A DNA stretch of 54,125 nucleotides from an uncultured bacterium (GTDB taxonomy: Bacteria; Patescibacteriota; Minisyncoccia; Phycocordibacterales; Phycocordibacteraceae): the NCBI GenBank assembly GCA_947085505.1, contig CAMTWI010000003.1, forward strand, positions 73,319 through 127,443. Direction: 5' to 3'. Position numbers and translations under genes: made by a program. Each line of letters opens with the position of its first letter. Within the stretch, counting starts at the first letter, position 1. The notes below the pieces were generated by a model. The model saw nothing but the letters and a program-made list of their open reading frames with translations, ran no database searches and was not told where the DNA came from. Below, piece by piece: positions 47,089 through 54,125 of the stretch.

Positions 47089-48978
47089 ATGATTGCAACT
47101 AGCAACACAATGATCGCGAAGATCTTCGCAGCTCTTGCTGTCGCAGGACTCGTTCTTGGTTCGTTTGCAGCACTTGCTCCAGTAGCAGGCGCTCAGACCA
47201 CGACCACGACGACGACTAGCGGAAGCACGACTACGGCACTTACGTTCATGAACGACCTTACGGTTGGTTCGACTGGAGTCGCGGTAACGTCTCTCCAGAC
47301 TTTCCTCATCGCTAAGGGTTTCAGCATCCCAGCTGGCGCAACCGGATACTTCGGTTCACAGACTAAGGCAGCTGTCGCAGCTTATCAGTCTGCTAACGGT
47401 ATCTCACCGGCTGTAGGTTACTTTGGCCCGATCACTCGCGCTCATGTAAACGCAGCAGGTCCGTCTACTGGTGGTGGCTCTAGCACAGTTCCTGGCTGTT
47501 CAGCCGGCGCTGCGTTTAGCTCCACTACAGGTGCTCCTTGCTCCGGATCTGGCTCTGGTTCTACCAGCGGTCTTTCTGGAGGCGAGGCTCGCCTCTCTTC
47601 CTTCGAACTTCGCCGCGAGGCATCTGATGGTTCAGAAGGACAGGTAGAGGTTGAGGTAGCAACAGCTGAGTTCGATGTTAAGGATGGCGACGTTCGCGTC
47701 GAGCGCATCGAGCTTACTGTTGAGGCTGCTTCTAGCACCCTTAGCATGCTTCCATGGAACTACATCGACCGCGTGTCCGTATGGGCAGACGGCGATGAGC
47801 TTTCTGACAAGCGTTCTACCTCGCGTAGTGACTGGAGCAAGTCCGGAAACAAGTACACGATTGTGCTCACTGACCTCGACTATGTAGTTGATGCAGGAGA
47901 CACAGCGGCACTTACTTTCGCCTTCGACATTAACAGCAGAATCAGGGTCGCAGATCTTTCCCAGACGTTCACCGTCTCGGTCCGCGATAGCGGAGTTCGT
48001 GCTGTTGATAGCAAGGGCATCCAGCAGTACACCGGAGCAAATGCTAAAACTGTATCCTTCGGCTTCAACGCTGAGAAGAACGGAACACTCCGTCTTAGCC
48101 TCAGCAGCAGCAACCCTGCTGCAGCTATTCTCGTCGCAGACGCGAATAAGGAATCAGGTAAGTACAGCGTGTTCAAGTTCGATATCGAGGAGCGCGATGA
48201 TGTGGACACCCTCATCACCGACGTCACTATCGATGTTGCAACAAGTTCTGGCACTGTAATGAATGACATCCGAAACGCGTACCTCGTCATCGATGGTGAT
48301 GAGTTCCGTGGAACAGTCAATGCCGCCGGCACTATCACGTTCGACGCTGTCGACGTTGAGGTTGGAGGTAAGGACAAGATCCAGGCTGAGCTCAAAATCA
48401 CTCTTGCGCGCGCCGCAAATGCAGGATCACTCACGTTCTCTCTTGACGCTGATGACCTCGTTGCTGAAGGTGTAGACAGTGGAAACGCTTCTACGGTTAC
48501 CGGTTCTGCGGACGGAAAGACTCACACAACGGCTCTCTCTGGTATCGCAGCTAAGGCAGTATCCACCAGTCAGTCTGTATCGACTCCTGGTTCTGCAGCC
48601 TCTTCAACCATCGGTACCTACACCATTAGGTTCGACGTAACAGCTCTTGAGGACAATGCATTCATCGACGATGTTGCAGCTTCCTCAACTACTGAGGGTG
48701 CAGGATTTGTTATCTTCGGTGACAGCTATGCTGGAACCATCTCAGCAATCCTCACCTCGACTGCTACGCTTGATGGCGGTACACGCTACATCGTTCGACA
48801 GGGCACTACCGAGACGTTCACGCTCACGGTAACGCTTGACCCATCAGCTGCAGGCACCTTCGGTGTTCGCCTTGATAAGGTTAGGTTCGCTGCTACAAAC
48901 GCGACTGCAACTGCAGGCCTCACGATTGATGCAAGCAACCAGGACTTCCGCACCAACGCGGTCTACATCGCTAACTAA
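47089..48978 (+). CDS. Large secreted cell-surface (S-layer-like) protein with a peptidoglycan-binding-like domain
   Basis: Signal peptide, T/S/G linkers, DLTVGSTGVAVTSLQTFL...TGYFGSQTKAAVAAYQ...GYFGPITR (PG_binding_1-like), a Cys pair and beta-rich repeats. Confidence 0.8.
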   Translation: MIATSNTMIAKIFAALAVAGLVLGSFAALAPVAGAQTTTTTTTSGSTTTALTFMNDLTVGSTGVAVTSLQTFLIAKGFSIPAGATGYFGSQTKAAVAAYQSANGISPAVGYFGPITRAHVNAAGPSTGGGSSTVPGCSAGAAFSSTTGAPCSGSGSGSTSGLSGGEARLSSFELRREASDGSEGQVEVEVATAEFDVKDGDVRVERIELTVEAASSTLSMLPWNYIDRVSVWADGDELSDKRSTSRSDWSKSGNKYTIVLTDLDYVVDAGDTAALTFAFDINSRIRVADLSQTFTVSVRDSGVRAVDSKGIQQYTGANAKTVSFGFNAEKNGTLRLSLSSSNPAAAILVADANKESGKYSVFKFDIEERDDVDTLITDVTIDVATSSGTVMNDIRNAYLVIDGDEFRGTVNAAGTITFDAVDVEVGGKDKIQAELKITLARAANAGSLTFSLDADDLVAEGVDSGNASTVTGSADGKTHTTALSGIAAKAVSTSQSVSTPGSAASSTIGTYTIRFDVTALEDNAFIDDVAASSTTEGAGFVIFGDSYAGTISAILTSTATLDGGTRYIVRQGTTETFTLTVTLDPSAAGTFGVRLDKVRFAATNATATAGLTIDASNQDFRTNAVYIAN

Positions 48979-49042
48979 TAGCCCTTCGAGATACGTCTCG
49001 ATAGCTTGAAGTGAATGAGGTAGCTTAGGGAAACCTAAGAAA

Positions 49043-49079
49043 AGCAAAAAACCCCACGGTACGCCGTGGGGTTTTTGCT
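49043..49079 (+). terminator. Intrinsic terminator
   Basis: AGCAAAAAACCCCACGG-TACG-CCGTGGGGTTTTTGCT. Confidence 0.85.
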
Positions 49080-49091
49080 ATACTAGCTGGA

Positions 49092-50024
49092 ATGTTAGTT
49101 TCGGTACTTTTGTTTATCGTAGGGTTCGTCATCCTTCTAAAAGGCGCGGACCTGCTTATTGACGGTGCAACGGTAATAGCAAAAAGTCTCCGTGTGTCAC
49201 CATTCCTCATCGGCCTCCTGATTGCAGGAATTGGCACCTCGCTTCCCGAGCTCGCTATAACCATTACGGCACACCTTACAGGGGGAGGGGACGTGGGACT
49301 CGGGACAGTGATGGGTTCGAACACGTTTAATATTCTTGCGATTCTCGGCCTATCCGCAGTTCTCGTACCGCTTTCATTTAAGAAGCAGTGGGTGGACCGT
49401 GATCTCGTATGGAACTTTGTTGCCATTATTGCGGTTGGGTTCTTTGCACTTGCTGACGGGATTATTTCCCGGTTTGAAGGAGGGGTGCTCATTCTTATGT
49501 TTGCGTGGTGGCTCTATCAGCTCGTGAAGGATAGAGATCTTCCTAATGTAAAAGAGGTAAAAGACCTCCTGCCGCTTAGGAATGCATTTGGCTATAGTCT
49601 CCTCGGTGTCGCGGGCGTGCTGCTTGGCGGACAGTGGGTGGTTGATGGTGCGGTAGCGATGGCGCAATCAGCGGGCATGAGCGAAGCACTCATCGGCCTC
49701 ACCATTGTGGGTATAGGTACCTCACTGCCAGAGTTAACGGTTACTATACGGGCCGCACTCCGCGGCAAACAAGCACTCGCTATCGGCAACATACTGGGCT
49801 CAAACATCTTCGACTTCTTGGCCATACTTGGCATTGCAGCGCTTATAAAGCCGGTTGCATTCGACATTGCACTTGGCCCTGATCTTGCTGTTACTGCCGC
49901 ATCGGCACTCGCACTTTTTCTTGTAGTGAAATTTAGTAAGAACAACACATTCGGTAAACGCGAAGGACTCCTTTTCCTGGTGGCATACGTTTGCTACCTA
50001 TTGTTCCTTATCGCGCGTATCTAG
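49092..50024 (+). CDS. Calcium/sodium antiporter (CaCA family, YrbG-like)
   Basis: Two alpha-repeats GTSLPEL; GTVMGSNTFN and GNILGSNIFD. Confidence 0.93.
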   Translation: MLVSVLLFIVGFVILLKGADLLIDGATVIAKSLRVSPFLIGLLIAGIGTSLPELAITITAHLTGGGDVGLGTVMGSNTFNILAILGLSAVLVPLSFKKQWVDRDLVWNFVAIIAVGFFALADGIISRFEGGVLILMFAWWLYQLVKDRDLPNVKEVKDLLPLRNAFGYSLLGVAGVLLGGQWVVDGAVAMAQSAGMSEALIGLTIVGIGTSLPELTVTIRAALRGKQALAIGNILGSNIFDFLAILGIAALIKPVAFDIALGPDLAVTAASALALFLVVKFSKNNTFGKREGLLFLVAYVCYLLFLIARI

Positions 50025-50146
50025 CGAAACGATTAGTTGCTGTCTAAAGAACTTACACTTCGATAGTCTTCGGGGAAGCCGTGGGAAATGCCGTGGTATG
50101 CTCAAGAAAATCAAGCACGAATCACGAGGCTCACGTACCGACTTTC

Positions 50147-50239
50147 ATGGACTACTTCTTCCACTTTCTTAAGTTCCTCACGGTCTTCGCCATAATCATT
50201 GGCCTTTCTCTCTTTGGGATGCAGCTCGTTGGTGCCTAG
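50147..50239 (+). CDS. Putative 30-aa hydrophobic peptide
   Basis: MDYFFHFLKFLTVFAIIIGLSLFGMQLVGA*. Confidence 0.45.
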   Translation: MDYFFHFLKFLTVFAIIIGLSLFGMQLVGA

Positions 50240-50280
50240 TTGCCTCAAGTCGCCTAAGAGGGTAGAGTGCTCTGGTACGG

Positions 50281-50316
50281 ACCGAAGACAGCAGGCACCC
50301 ATAAGCCCTGCCGAGG
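50281..50316 (+). promoter_or_regulatory. L10 leader (ribosomal protein autoregulatory RNA) core
   Basis: ACCGAAGACAGCAGG...TAAG-CCCTGCCGAGG upstream of rplJ matches my recollection of the Firmicutes-type L10 leader kink-turn core. Confidence 0.7.
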
Positions 50317-50425
50317 AACGAAAGGGGATCGCCATTATCATATCTGGCGTGAACCGGTCGAATCTCTCCTCACAATGGTCCCTTTACGGGACCGTTGTCC
50401 GTTTCGTACGAACCAAACACACAGC

Positions 50426-50920
50426 ATGGCAATAACCAAAGCAAAGAAGCAGGAAGTTATCGAGAAGATTGCTGATTCCGTAAAGGACGCAGCGTCGGTC
50501 GTCTTCGTGCACTTCAAGGGCCTCTCAGTAGGGGACACGAGCGCTATGCGCAAGAGTCTTCGTGAGGGTGGGGTTGGCTACTATGTAGCTAAGAAGACCC
50601 TTATCCGCAAAGCGCTTTCTGATAAAGGATACCAGGGAGAGATTCCTGAACTTCCCGGAGAGGTAGCGATTGCGTGGAGCTCGGACGACGCGACACAGGC
50701 GGCTCGAGATATCTTTGAGCATGGCAAGAAGCACAAGGGAGCACTCTCAATCTTGGGAGGTATCTTTGATGGGAAGTTTACGGACGCAGCTGGCATGAAT
50801 GCTATTGCGACCATCCCTCCGGTACCAGTACTCCGCGGCATGTTCGTAAACGTAATCAACAGCCCAATCCAGGGTCTCGTTATTGCGCTCGACAAGATTG
50901 CCGAGAAGAAGGCAGCGTAA
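50426..50920 (+). CDS. rplJ: 50S ribosomal protein L10
   Basis: FKGLSV, MRKSLR, VAKKTL and LRGMFVNVINSP. Confidence 0.94.
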   Translation: MAITKAKKQEVIEKIADSVKDAASVVFVHFKGLSVGDTSAMRKSLREGGVGYYVAKKTLIRKALSDKGYQGEIPELPGEVAIAWSSDDATQAARDIFEHGKKHKGALSILGGIFDGKFTDAAGMNAIATIPPVPVLRGMFVNVINSPIQGLVIALDKIAEKKAA

Positions 50921-50950
50921 CCATTAGACTAGAACCTAACCGTATTATTT

Positions 50951-51430
50951 ATGGCTGAAGAAGATGTAAAGCAGGAGGAGGCTGCCCCAGAGGCGGCTCC
51001 TGCAGTAGAGGAGGCAGCAGCTCCAGCACCAGCTGCTGAAGAGGCTTCTGTAGAGGTTCCTGAGAAGTTCAAGAAGATCGTTGCATCAATCGAGGAGATG
51101 TCCGTTCTTGAGCTCTCGGAGCTCGTGAAGGTATTTGAGGGTAAGTTTGGCGTATCAGCTTCCGCAGTTGCGGTAGCAGGGCCGGCAAGTGGTGGAGCAG
51201 CGGGTGGTGAGGATGCGAAGAGCACCTTCACTGTTGAGCTCTCTGACGCTGGCGCAAACAAGATCCAGGTTATCAAGGCCGTGAAGGAGATTCTCGGACT
51301 TGGTCTCAAAGAGGCAAAGGACCTCGTTGACGGTGCTCCTTCGGTAGTGAAGGAGAACGTTGGCAAGGACGATGCAGACGCCCTCAAGGCGAAGATCGAA
51401 GAGGCTGGCGGCAAGGTTACCCTTAAGTAA
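50951..51430 (+). CDS. rplL: 50S ribosomal protein L7/L12 with acidic N-terminal extension
   Basis: [30 protein letters not shown] and [10 protein letters not shown]. Confidence 0.97.
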   Translation: MAEEDVKQEEAAPEAAPAVEEAAAPAPAAEEASVEVPEKFKKIVASIEEMSVLELSELVKVFEGKFGVSASAVAVAGPASGGAAGGEDAKSTFTVELSDAGANKIQVIKAVKEILGLGLKEAKDLVDGAPSVVKENVGKDDADALKAKIEEAGGKVTLK

Positions 51431-51443
51431 GGGAACTAACGTC

Positions 51444-51484
51444 ACAAAAAGAACGTCCGGGTGAATGCCCGGACGTTCTTTTGT
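51444..51484. terminator. Bidirectional terminator after rplL
   Basis: ACAAAAAGAACGTCCGGG...CCCGGACGTTCTTTTGT. Confidence 0.8.
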
Positions 51485-51492
51485 ATTACCCC

Positions 51493-52146
51493 TTACCGAC
51501 CGACAACGGTACTAACCCCGTCTGGAATAAGCAGAGAGTCAATAATCTGCTTCAAGAGCCCAGGGTTGCTGTTCCCGGAGGCTGCAGAAGAGAACGAAGG
51601 GTATACGAATACCGCTCGATACCGGAGGGTATCCTCAGGATCCTCAACGGGCAGGGTAGCGTTGAAGACATAGAGTGGTGCGTATGTTTCCGAGGTCGTT
51701 GTACCGCTCTCGAGGTTCGTGCGCTTGAGCGTTAAGGAAAGTTCCTCACCTACGAGTCCCTGGGCGCTTGTGTACGGCGTCCGAACGAGGTCTGTACAGG
51801 TAAGACCTTCAACGGGTCCGTCCGAGCCACAGAGGGCTAATGCCTGCCTCTCTACGAACATGTCGTAGCTCGCAGGAAGTGCGACATCAGGGTCACTCTG
51901 GTAGCGAATTACTTCAACCAACGGAGTGAGCATGCCCTCCACGTTTTCTCTAATACCCACCGCGCTAGAATCGTATTCTAGAGCAGAGTAGATGCGTGGA
52001 TACACAAACGAGAAGGCGTTATCGTGATACGTAGTATTGTCTGGTGGCGGGTTCCAAAGGTCCTGTGTCATATAGAGGACAAGGCCAACAAGAAGCAGTG
52101 CGCCCATGATACCAATAAGGAGTTTGTGTCGGGGGGTAAGGGTCAT
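51493..52146 (-). CDS. Hypothetical membrane-anchored extracellular protein
   Basis: N-terminal TM, FSFVYP segment and one Cys pair. Confidence 0.7.
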   Translation of the reverse strand: MTLTPRHKLLIGIMGALLLVGLVLYMTQDLWNPPPDNTTYHDNAFSFVYPRIYSALEYDSSAVGIRENVEGMLTPLVEVIRYQSDPDVALPASYDMFVERQALALCGSDGPVEGLTCTDLVRTPYTSAQGLVGEELSLTLKRTNLESGTTTSETYAPLYVFNATLPVEDPEDTLRYRAVFVYPSFSSAASGNSNPGLLKQIIDSLLIPDGVSTVVGR

Positions 52147-52300
52147 ATCACCCTATAGTCTCATATACCGCATGGGGGCCCAAACAATTCGTTCATTCGT
52201 TACTCATGAGAGGCAGGAAACGTTTTTCCTGGTGTTTAACTGACACATTCTGTCAAGGTTGCGCCTGCCCTACGGAAGTGGGTACAATGCCCCAACGTTC

Positions 52301-52888
52301 ATGGACCACCTGTCACGTCTCTTCGGTTCTGCTGCGCGGGTAAAGCTCCTGCGACTCTTCCTTTTTAATGACGATCTAACGTTCCTCGCCACAGAAGCAG
52401 CGTTCCGCGCTCGTCTCACGAAGGACGTGACCCGCAAGGAACTGACGGCGCTTACGAAAGCCGGTATTCTCCGGAAGAAGACGGGGAAGAGTCCGGTAGG
52501 GTATAGTGCTGATAAGCGGTTTCCGCATTACGATGCGTTGCGCGTGTTTCTGCGCACGACGACTGACGTGAGTGATTCAGCGATCGTTACGTCCTTTAAG
52601 AAGGCAGGTACCGTAAAGCTCGTAGTTCTCTCAGGGCTCTTTACGGGCGCACTCGAGTCAAAGCTTGATGTGCTCATCGTGGGCGATCGTATGGAAGAGC
52701 GTCCGCTCGCTACCGCAATCCACGCGCTTGAGGCCGAGCTCGGTAGGGAATTGCGCTACGCGTGCTTCACCACAGAGCAATTCAAGTACCGCATTGGTGT
52801 CTATGACCGCCTGTTGCGCGACGTATTCGATTATCCGAACCGGGTAATCGTCGACAAGATCGGCCTCGCAACCACAAAGACCGGCTAG
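52301..52888 (+). CDS. Winged-helix plus degenerate nucleotidyltransferase-fold protein
   Basis: LFGSAARVKLLRLF...RKELTALTKAGIL (wHTH); VVLSGLF...SKLDVLIVG...LGRELRY (MNT-like). Confidence 0.65.
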   Translation: MDHLSRLFGSAARVKLLRLFLFNDDLTFLATEAAFRARLTKDVTRKELTALTKAGILRKKTGKSPVGYSADKRFPHYDALRVFLRTTTDVSDSAIVTSFKKAGTVKLVVLSGLFTGALESKLDVLIVGDRMEERPLATAIHALEAELGRELRYACFTTEQFKYRIGVYDRLLRDVFDYPNRVIVDKIGLATTKTG

Positions 52889-53004
52889 AAAGCCGGCCTT
52901 TTGCGTTTCTCGGACTGTCCACATACCCCCCTTCCTGAAGGCTTCACCTTGCTACACTTAGGGTATTAACGGAATTATGCCGCTAATTCGATAACCCACA
53001 TCCT

Positions 53005-53682
53005 ATGTTTCTAAACACCTGGGCAGATGTTCTGACACAGTCCTTCCAGAACTTGTTCTACGGACTCGTCTCGTTCATCCCTAACTTAGTAGTTGCGCTC
53101 GTCATCTTCGTTATCGGCTGGCTCGTCGGTGCTGGCATTGGCCGCCTCGTCGCGCAGGTCGTTGGTTCGCTTCGTGTTGATCAAGCACTCCGCGCTGCAG
53201 GCGTTGAGCGTGTTGTTGATCGTGCAGGATTCACCCTCGATTCGGGTGCCTTCCTCGGCTTCCTCGTGAAGTGGTTCTTCATCATCGTCTTCCTCGTGGC
53301 AGCTCTTGATGTACTCGGCCTCACGCAGGTAACCGCGTTCCTTACTGGTGTCGTCCTCGGCTACCTTCCGCAGGTTATCGTCGCGGTGTTCATCCTCCTC
53401 GTGGCTGCGGTCATCGCAGAGGCATCTCAGCGCGTTGTTGCAGGAGCCGCTCGTGCTGCTGGCATCCGCGCAGCGAACCTTCTCGGTGCGGTTGCTCGTT
53501 GGTCCATCTGGATCTTCGCGATCCTCGTTGCGCTTGAGCGCCTTGGTGTCTCGCCATTAATTCAGACCCTGTTTACGGGTATCGTCGTAGCGCTCGCGCT
53601 CGCGTTCGGTCTCGCGTTCGGTCTGGGTGGTCAGGCAGCGGCAAGCAAGTACATCGAGCGTATACAGAACGAAATCAAGTAG
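53005..53682 (+). CDS. TM-helix-repeat membrane protein (CmpX / MscS N-terminal-like)
   Basis: IPNLVVALVIFVIGW, YLPQVIVAVFIL and LALAFGLAFGLGG. Confidence 0.8.
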   Translation: MFLNTWADVLTQSFQNLFYGLVSFIPNLVVALVIFVIGWLVGAGIGRLVAQVVGSLRVDQALRAAGVERVVDRAGFTLDSGAFLGFLVKWFFIIVFLVAALDVLGLTQVTAFLTGVVLGYLPQVIVAVFILLVAAVIAEASQRVVAGAARAAGIRAANLLGAVARWSIWIFAILVALERLGVSPLIQTLFTGIVVALALAFGLAFGLGGQAAASKYIERIQNEIK

Positions 53683-53699
53683 CACTTCCTTTGGAAGCA

Positions 53700-53728
53700 G
53701 AAAAGCCCCGATTCTTCGGGGCTTTTCT
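53700..53728 (+). terminator. Intrinsic terminator
   Basis: GAAAAGCCCCGA-TTCT-TCGGGGCTTTTC. Confidence 0.85.
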
Positions 53729-53769
53729 CGTGACAGGACTCATAGGGAAGGTGAGGGGTCTATGAGGAT

Positions 53770-53798
53770 TTGACAGCTGTTTTAGGGCCGCGTATACT
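53770..53798 (+). promoter_or_regulatory. Strong sigma70-type promoter upstream of the 23S rRNA region
   Basis: TTGACA-17 nt-TATACT. Confidence 0.8.
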
Positions 53799-54037
53799 CG
53801 CTAATACGTGTTTAAAGCCAAGAAATTACTAACCAAACGGAGCGGGTAACGACTGGGTCTTCACGACTTGGCCATACCGCCCCGGAAGGGGCTTTTTTCT
53901 TGCCGAAACACGGGATCGTTGACAGACGAATATGCAAATAGGTAATCAACGCCGTTAGGCGTGTGCGTTCGCGTACACTCTAACGGAATGAATATTGCAG
54001 AATCACACAATCGTTAGAAAGTGGTGTTCAGGTTTCC

Positions 54038-54125
54038 GCACAGGAGACATGAAGGGTGCACGGTGGATGCCTAGGCTTGCGACAGCGATGAAGGACGCGA
54101 CTAATCAGCGAAATGCTTCGGGGAG
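54038..54125 (+). rRNA. rrl: 23S rRNA, 5' end (partial; start approximate)
   Basis: AAGGGTGCACGGTGGATGCCTAGGC...GCGATGAAGGACG...GCGAAATGCTTCGGGGAG matches the conserved 23S 5' region. Confidence 0.92.

Noticed and set aside
53870-53900. SRP (4.5S) RNA from CCGGAAGG
   Set aside because: It lacks the flanking CAGG...GAAGCAGC loop motif and reads as an ordinary terminator.
1-54125. CRISPR array, transposase, prophage, DGR reverse transcriptase, tRNA introns
   Set aside because: I saw no regularly spaced 25-40 nt repeats, no DDE/integrase/RT motifs and no TR/VR pair. All eight tRNAs are uninterrupted. The Avd-like fold at 45650 has no RT nearby.

Overview
A 54 kb chromosomal segment of mostly housekeeping genes from a reduced-genome bacterium, most consistent with Patescibacteria/CPR, Parcubacteria-like. 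That placement is inference from four things: rplK ends in a terminator with no rplA after it, type IV pilus genes are present, a 23S gene has no 16S upstream, and the orphan membrane proteins look CPR-typical. Contents: pilB (partial), pilMNO and a pilin; polA, holA-like, ruvA, ruvX, recO, recA, ftsK and ssb; argS, ileS, glyQS and metG; several ribosomal proteins; efp; a thymidylate/folate cluster (folA, dcd, thyA, tmk, glyA); 8 tRNAs; and the 5' end of a 23S rRNA. I found no CRISPR array, transposase, integrase or prophage. The best candidate for an undescribed system is 45.6-49.0 kb. A four-helix-bundle plus DeoR-like winged-helix protein carries two clusters of a TAAAGGACA repeat inside its own gene. 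It is followed by a ~500 nt promoter-bearing, hairpin-rich leader with a DnaA box, and then a large peptidoglycan-binding surface protein. Other notable items: a histidine-phosphatase domain inserted in a GxHH-type IleRS, an EF-P without the PGKG loop, tRNA-Arg(GCG), pervasive leaderless-looking gene starts, and several unannotated small membrane ORFs.
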